A stretch of 64,000 nt of DNA. Source: Candidatus Melainabacteria bacterium 17Bon1m. GTDB taxonomy: Bacteria; Cyanobacteriota; Vampirovibrionia; Obscuribacterales; Obscuribacteraceae. Of this stretch, positions 59,129-64,000 are shown one piece after another (the first letter of the stretch is position 1; every line of letters begins with the position of its first letter). Made by a program: the position numbers and the translations under genes. The notes below the pieces were generated by a model that searched no databases, was not told the origin of the DNA, and was given only the letters and a program-made list of their open reading frames with translations. The stretch spans positions 1-64,000 of the forward strand of contig JAVLKG010000003.1 in the NCBI GenBank assembly GCA_032128875.1, in the 5' to 3' direction.

Positions 59129-61147
59129 ATGCCACTCAAAGACTCATTCATCAATAAGAAAAACCAACAACAGCAAAAACAGCTGACGAACATCATCAAG
59201 CTGGAAGGTTTTCCTTCGGAAGGCGAGCTAAAAACTACTCAGAATCTGGCTCTTGCAAATCCGCAGCAAACACAGATTTTGACATGGCAGGGTGAGGACG
59301 ACAAAGGCGAATATCAACTGGTCGTCAAACACGCTCATTCCTCGGACGAGAATGAGGTTTATTGGGTGCTTACGCTGCAGTCAGGCTCAGAGGCTAACGA
59401 GCTTTGGAATTACAGAACTCCTGATATCGAGCTGATCGACAGTATTCTTGAAGCGACTGCTAAGCCGTCGGGACCAGCAGCTGTCATTCCTGATTCGCTC
59501 AAACCTCCGCCGGGTGGTTATCCAGACGAAGAGGAAGAAGATCCTAAGAAACGCGGAGGTGGCTCTGGAAGCAGTGGAGGCAAGGCCGCCGAACCGAAAG
59601 ACAAGTATGTAGAGCGCCGTGACACGCCCGAGCAAACTGGCGGTCTTCTCAAGCCGGGCTCTGTTCTTTTGGATCGCTACGAAATCGTCAACGAGGTTGG
59701 ACGTGGTGGCATGGGCGTTGTTTATAAAGCCCGTCACTTAAAGATGGATCGAATTGTCGCAATTAAGGTACTGCATGGTCACCTTTTGGAAGACCTCTCG
59801 TCGAAGAAACGCTTCGAGCAGGAAGTAAATGCAACCAACTCCCTGAGCCATTCTAATTGCATCATGACTTACGACTGCGACTTCTCTCCGAGCGGTCAAC
59901 CATTCCTCGTCATGGAATACATCGAGGGTGTCAGTTTGAAGGAAGTCCTGCGCCAGAAGGGACCTTTGAGCGTTGAGCGATTTCTGGAAATCTTCATTCA
60001 ATGCTGCGAAGGTTTAGCACACGCGCACTCGAAAGGGATTGTTCACCGCGATATGAAGCCGAGCAACGTCATGCTCGTCAGTGGACCCAGTGGCGGCGAC
60101 CTCGTCAAAATCGTGGACTTCGGCGTTGCTAAAATTATGCCGCGCAACGACGGCACTCTGATGGAATTGACGCGCACTGGTGATGTGGTTGGCAGTCCGC
60201 ACTACATGAGTCCGGAGCAATGCATGGGCGCCGCAATGGATTGGCGCACCGACATTTATTCTTTGGGCTGCGTCATGTACGAAGCCATTACCGGTCGGGT
60301 TCCACTTCTTGGTGAAAATCCCTACCAGGCGATGTACATGCATATTCACGAAATGCCGCCTCTTTTCAGTGTTGTACGTCCAAACGTTCAGCACGATCAG
60401 CAGATTCAGGACATTGTTTTCAAAGCAATGGCAAAACAATTGAAAGATCGCTACCAAGGTGCGATCGATGTTTATCATGATTTGAAAAACGCGGCCGTCA
60501 ATATCGACACGTCCAAGCACAAGAAAATCACTCCAACTGCGCCGGCTCCATCTGTTCCGATGCCGCCACCAATGGGATATGGCATGCCACCCATGCCGCC
60601 CTATGGATACGGCATGCCGCAGATGCCACCCTACCCAATGCCTGGTTATCCGATGCCCGGCATGCCTGGTATGGGAATGCCGGGAATGCCCGGGATGCCC
60701 GGAATGCCTCAGCAGGGGATGCCTCAAGGAATGCCGCAACAGATGCCCCAGCAAATGCCTCAGCAAATGCCTCAACAGGGTATGCCGCAAAACATGCAAT
60801 CGGGAATGCAACCGCAGCAACATATGTCGCACCAGGGCGTGCCCGCAGTTCAGCCGCCTTCGGAAGAACCCGTTCTTGATCTGATCAAAGCGGCTGGACT
60901 TCTAAAAGATGCGCAAATCGACGAAGCCAAAAAGATGAAAAAGCAAGTCGGCGGAGAACTCGTCTCTTTGCTGGTTGCGCAAGGCGCGATTAAACGTGTG
61001 GTAAAAGATGCTGCAGTCAAATGCTGTGGCTTGATCGATAAAGGCACGCTCAAAGCCGATCATGCGCACACTCTTTTGAAACTTTGCCAGAGCAAAGATA
61101 AAAAATACGAAGATGCTGTTGAAGAGCTTGGCTGGCGTCTAGGCTAA
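59129..61147 (+). CDS. Hanks-type Ser/Thr kinase with Pro/Met/Gln-rich linker and MshEN-like C-terminal module
   Basis: GRGGMG, AIK, HRDMKP, DFG, GSPHYMSPE; GMP/QQMP repeats. Confidence 0.94.
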   Translation: MPLKDSFINKKNQQQQKQLTNIIKLEGFPSEGELKTTQNLALANPQQTQILTWQGEDDKGEYQLVVKHAHSSDENEVYWVLTLQSGSEANELWNYRTPDIELIDSILEATAKPSGPAAVIPDSLKPPPGGYPDEEEEDPKKRGGGSGSSGGKAAEPKDKYVERRDTPEQTGGLLKPGSVLLDRYEIVNEVGRGGMGVVYKARHLKMDRIVAIKVLHGHLLEDLSSKKRFEQEVNATNSLSHSNCIMTYDCDFSPSGQPFLVMEYIEGVSLKEVLRQKGPLSVERFLEIFIQCCEGLAHAHSKGIVHRDMKPSNVMLVSGPSGGDLVKIVDFGVAKIMPRNDGTLMELTRTGDVVGSPHYMSPEQCMGAAMDWRTDIYSLGCVMYEAITGRVPLLGENPYQAMYMHIHEMPPLFSVVRPNVQHDQQIQDIVFKAMAKQLKDRYQGAIDVYHDLKNAAVNIDTSKHKKITPTAPAPSVPMPPPMGYGMPPMPPYGYGMPQMPPYPMPGYPMPGMPGMGMPGMPGMPGMPQQGMPQGMPQQMPQQMPQQMPQQGMPQNMQSGMQPQQHMSHQGVPAVQPPSEEPVLDLIKAAGLLKDAQIDEAKKMKKQVGGELVSLLVAQGAIKRVVKDAAVKCCGLIDKGTLKADHAHTLLKLCQSKDKKYEDAVEELGWRLG

Positions 61148-61698
61148 AGACGTTTGTGCCATACGCAAAATATATCCATCGCCAGCTTTAAGTTGGTGCG
61201 GGATAAGAGCGCCGCATGAACCAGACCGAGCCTTTTCAATCCATATTCAAACTGTTCTTGCAGCTGTGCATCAAAGGGAATAAAGCCGTTTTCGCTTTGA
61301 CGGCAAAGTTTGGCCATGCGATGAACCAGTTGTCGTGTATCTAAAGTAGTGATTGCCGCCTGCGGTACTTCTAGTTCTGCAGTTGGATTACTCGGGCGAT
61401 ACCAGCACGTAGAGCGGGCAAACGACAGTAAGCGGCAGGCGCGGCGGCGACTGATTTTGTACTTCTTTTCGAGAACCGCGAGCAATCTGCGTTTCTCTGT
61501 GGGACTTGAATAGATACTTTCTATCAGCTGTTTTAGAGAATTGTTTTCGAGCGCGAGATTTTGTGCGGTTCTTTTCAAAGCTTCGATTTCTTTCTTCAAC
61601 ACTTCGATTGGGTTTTCAGCTTGGGGGCTGAAATCGATTTGAATGTTCTCCAAATTAAGTTCGGGCAGTGGAGCAAATGGCAGGGTGACTTGATTCAC
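61144..61698 (-). CDS. Protein containing an IS3-transposase-derived coiled coil and HTH segment
   Basis: LALENNSLKQL...SPTEKRR...ISRRRACRLLSFARST.WY; GGAG RBS before GTG 61698; no DDE core. Confidence 0.65.
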   Translation of the reverse strand: MNQVTLPFAPLPELNLENIQIDFSPQAENPIEVLKKEIEALKRTAQNLALENNSLKQLIESIYSSPTEKRRLLAVLEKKYKISRRRACRLLSFARSTCWYRPSNPTAELEVPQAAITTLDTRQLVHRMAKLCRQSENGFIPFDAQLQEQFEYGLKRLGLVHAALLSRTNLKLAMDIFCVWHKRL

Positions 61699-61839
61699 GT
61701 TTGCATCTCCAGTGGAGGTGTCCGGTGCCAATAGATTGAATGAAACTACATGCAAACGGTGTGCAACAGTTTGTGGCACGTTGCACAGTGATTGCACGCT
61801 GCTTGTACTAAGGTTGCAGGACTTCCCCGGTAATATGCG

Positions 61840-62133
61840 ATGAAAAATACTAGTCTTTCTGCAGAAGAGATTGTTATGGCGTTGCAGCAACGTGAAGCAG
61901 GCGAGCCTGTAGAGCAGATTTGCACAAGATTTGGAATCAGTGTCGCTACCTTCTATAACATGCGCAAAAGATATTCCGGATTGGAAGTCTCCGCGTTAAA
62001 GCAGGTCAGAGAGCTGGAAATTGAAAAACTCAAGCTGAATAAAGAGATTGAAGTTCTGAAGCAAGATCAAGCTATTTTGCATGAAATACTCGATGTGCAG
62101 ATTGCTTCGAGTGAACAAGCCCGCAAAGTCTGA
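61840..62133 (+). CDS. IS3 family OrfA-like HTH protein
   Basis: SAEEI..L...EAG..V..IC..FGIS.ATFYN.RKRY.G + leucine zipper; no orfB follows. Confidence 0.8.
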   Translation: MKNTSLSAEEIVMALQQREAGEPVEQICTRFGISVATFYNMRKRYSGLEVSALKQVRELEIEKLKLNKEIEVLKQDQAILHEILDVQIASSEQARKV

Positions 62134-62758
62134 TTCTCGCCCGGTTTTGATCCGAGCGAGAACAGATTTTTTCTAACTCAATAGCGTTTGCGTCGACGTG
62201 GGTTTGGAAACCATGCGTCAAGATTCCAGCACCACAGATGGTGTTATTTTGGGTATGGGTTTTTGCTTTGAAATTGGCAGTTGGGTTGGTGTTTAGATCC
62301 GTCGATGAGAGTTGATGAATATGCTTTCACCATGAGGCGCTGCAGCGCCTTCAGTCAATAGTGCTCATGAAGATTTGCCAGGTATTTTTTCGATTGTTCC
62401 AGCGCTAGTGGCATAAACGCGTAATGCCACCACAGAGAGTGGCGCAAATGTGCTGATGTGGGTCAAGTGGAAGATTGTCTCGAGCGACTTTGTGCTGGGC
62501 CAAGCATATTTATCGTTTATCTGACCTCTTTGTTTCAATTTGACCTTGTTTCTGATTTGGCCTCTACCAAATTTGTTGCCTCAGAGGAATTTTTAAATCG
62601 TTTTTCAAACTGCACTCTAGAGTGAGAGATACTCCAGCTCGAGCATTGTGATGACGGTGTCCCCGTGCAACAAATTTGAAATAAGCGGCGGTTAATGTAG
62701 GGTCAATCACCCAACCGCGCTGGGTGTTCGATATTACAAACTGAGCAGGGTAACGGCG

Positions 62759-63073
62759 ATGGCAAATTTCACCGCGACGCAAAAACGTGAGCATGCAGTC
62801 CTTAACAAGATTCAAAATGAACTCGCATTTTTCGCAGACCGACAAATGATGTCAGTTTCCAATTCGACAAATACAACTGTCCCCCTCGCATTCAATTTAG
62901 ATGCTTTCGAAATCACAGATGGTGACATCGATTTCACTCCCGGAAGCGTCCAGGCAACATCAGATATAACGTGTGTTTCGCAAACCCCAGTGCAAAGCCA
63001 TGACTCTGATAGCGCAGTAGATAGCCTGGAATGGTTCAGCAGATTGCTCCAAAACGCAGCCCGCGCGTCGTAG
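62759..63073 (+). CDS. Possible small hypothetical protein
   Basis: 104-aa ORF, no recognisable motif. Confidence 0.4.
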   Translation: MANFTATQKREHAVLNKIQNELAFFADRQMMSVSNSTNTTVPLAFNLDAFEITDGDIDFTPGSVQATSDITCVSQTPVQSHDSDSAVDSLEWFSRLLQNAARAS

Positions 63074-63187
63074 ACAACCAAACAGACCACTGTTTGTTAC
63101 TACGCGCAAAGAGTGAATGGATTTCTAGCCGGTTGATAAGCCTCAGTGCTTCATCACCGTGCTCTTTGTTATCGAGGATGTCTTCAT

Positions 63188-64000
63188 ATGCCTCCATTGG
63201 ATAATCAACCAGTCAAGCAACCACAAGACGGGGCGTACGGCTACCAGCCTCCGCCGCTTTACGTTTTCACCGGCGATGGCAACAATAACAACAACGCCAA
63301 CGCCAAAGATGGGAAAACTCCTTCCTTTTACCAATTCTCCGGTGATGCACTGCCGGAAAAGTCGGGATCGCAGGTTTTTCTCGGACCAGTCGGTAAAGAT
63401 TGGGGACCACGAATCGGACCTTCAGAACGTCGCATCGATCAGATGCCTGAAGGGCCCGAGAAGGAGCGTGCGCTCAATCGTGAGACCAATGTTCTCTTCA
63501 ATGTTCCGGTTGCTCTCAAGGCTTATCGCGACGACATCAAAGCAGCGGATGCAATTAATCAGACTGATGTCGCTCGCCGAAACACAGATAACGTAACGCT
63601 TCTAAAACAAAACGAAGTGCAAATTGCTCAAGCGAAGGCAGCTAACGCGACGCCTGAGCAGATGAATGCGCTTATGAAGAAGCAGGAAGAACTGCAGACC
63701 AATCAAAAGGCGATCGTCAACGATTATTTTGCACCGGCTACAACCCGCATCAATGCTGGTTTGGCACTGGTCAGCACCGGTCAAGACATGCTGGTTGATT
63801 ATGGTCAAAACTTGATCGACGAAGGTTTGAAGCTGCGCCCAGAACTTCGCGATAATCCAGATTTCCAAAAGAGCATGGTGGCGGCGCGCAAGGAATGCAT
63901 CAAGAATCGCGAGAATGCATTCTCTGGTGAGATGAAAAACCCTTATCAATTCTCCGGTGATGGCACCGTACCCGGCGGCATACCGCCTAAGAAGCCCGGA
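63188..64000 (+). CDS. Hypothetical protein running off the window end (MPPLDNQPVK...)
   Basis: GAGG RBS, ATG 63188, open for 271 codons to the edge; absent from the ORF track. Confidence 0.75.
   Translation, partial: MPPLDNQPVKQPQDGAYGYQPPPLYVFTGDGNNNNNANAKDGKTPSFYQFSGDALPEKSGSQVFLGPVGKDWGPRIGPSERRIDQMPEGPEKERALNRETNVLFNVPVALKAYRDDIKAADAINQTDVARRNTDNVTLLKQNEVQIAQAKAANATPEQMNALMKKQEELQTNQKAIVNDYFAPATTRINAGLALVSTGQDMLVDYGQNLIDEGLKLRPELRDNPDFQKSMVAARKECIKNRENAFSGEMKNPYQFSGDGTVPGGIPPKKPG

Noticed and set aside
61774-61796. Sigma-54 promoter (TGGCACG...TTGC)
   Set aside because: Spacing between GG and GC does not fit -24/-12
61840-62560. Active IS3 element
   Set aside because: No orfB/DDE ORF, frameshift signal or terminal repeats visible
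62735-62810. tacaaactgagcagg resembles the NiCo riboswitch 5' end; ggcaaa...gacgcaaa resembles c-di-GMP-I
   Set aside because: The remaining conserved segments and stems are missing or mis-spaced

Overview
A 64-kb bacterial chromosomal window with about 55 genes. I found no rRNA, complete tRNA, CRISPR array or intact mobile element. The repertoire (Hanks-type Ser/Thr kinases, TPR proteins, MshEN-like repeat proteins, an SGNH-like protein, GTAG-type REP doublets) suggests a non-photosynthetic cyanobacterial relative such as Melainabacteria/Obscuribacterales. That assignment is inference only. Recognisable genes: GDPD, rhomboid, beta-CASP MBL nuclease, terB-like, PLD-like, ZIP transporter, hisS, tldD/pmbA, APC permease, a two-component pair flanking a large glycosyltransferase, tadA, speB, ada, a Phd-VapC toxin-antitoxin pair, S41 protease, dapD, M20 amidohydrolase, a PlsC-like acyltransferase, CYTH and a Clp-like ATPase. 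Three observations stand out. (1) A dispersed class of transcription units with C/G-ending codons, long C/U-rich leaders often starting at CTCTT, and long bulged hairpin trailers. Several encode truncated or active-site-altered versions of proteolysis and RNA-processing machines. (2) A divergent pair of IS3-transposase-derived genes with no DDE domain, separated by helically phased TGCA boxes, possibly a domesticated regulator pair. (3) An MshEN-like C-terminal module shared by a kinase and a Pro-rich protein. All calls are by eye; no searches or folding were run.
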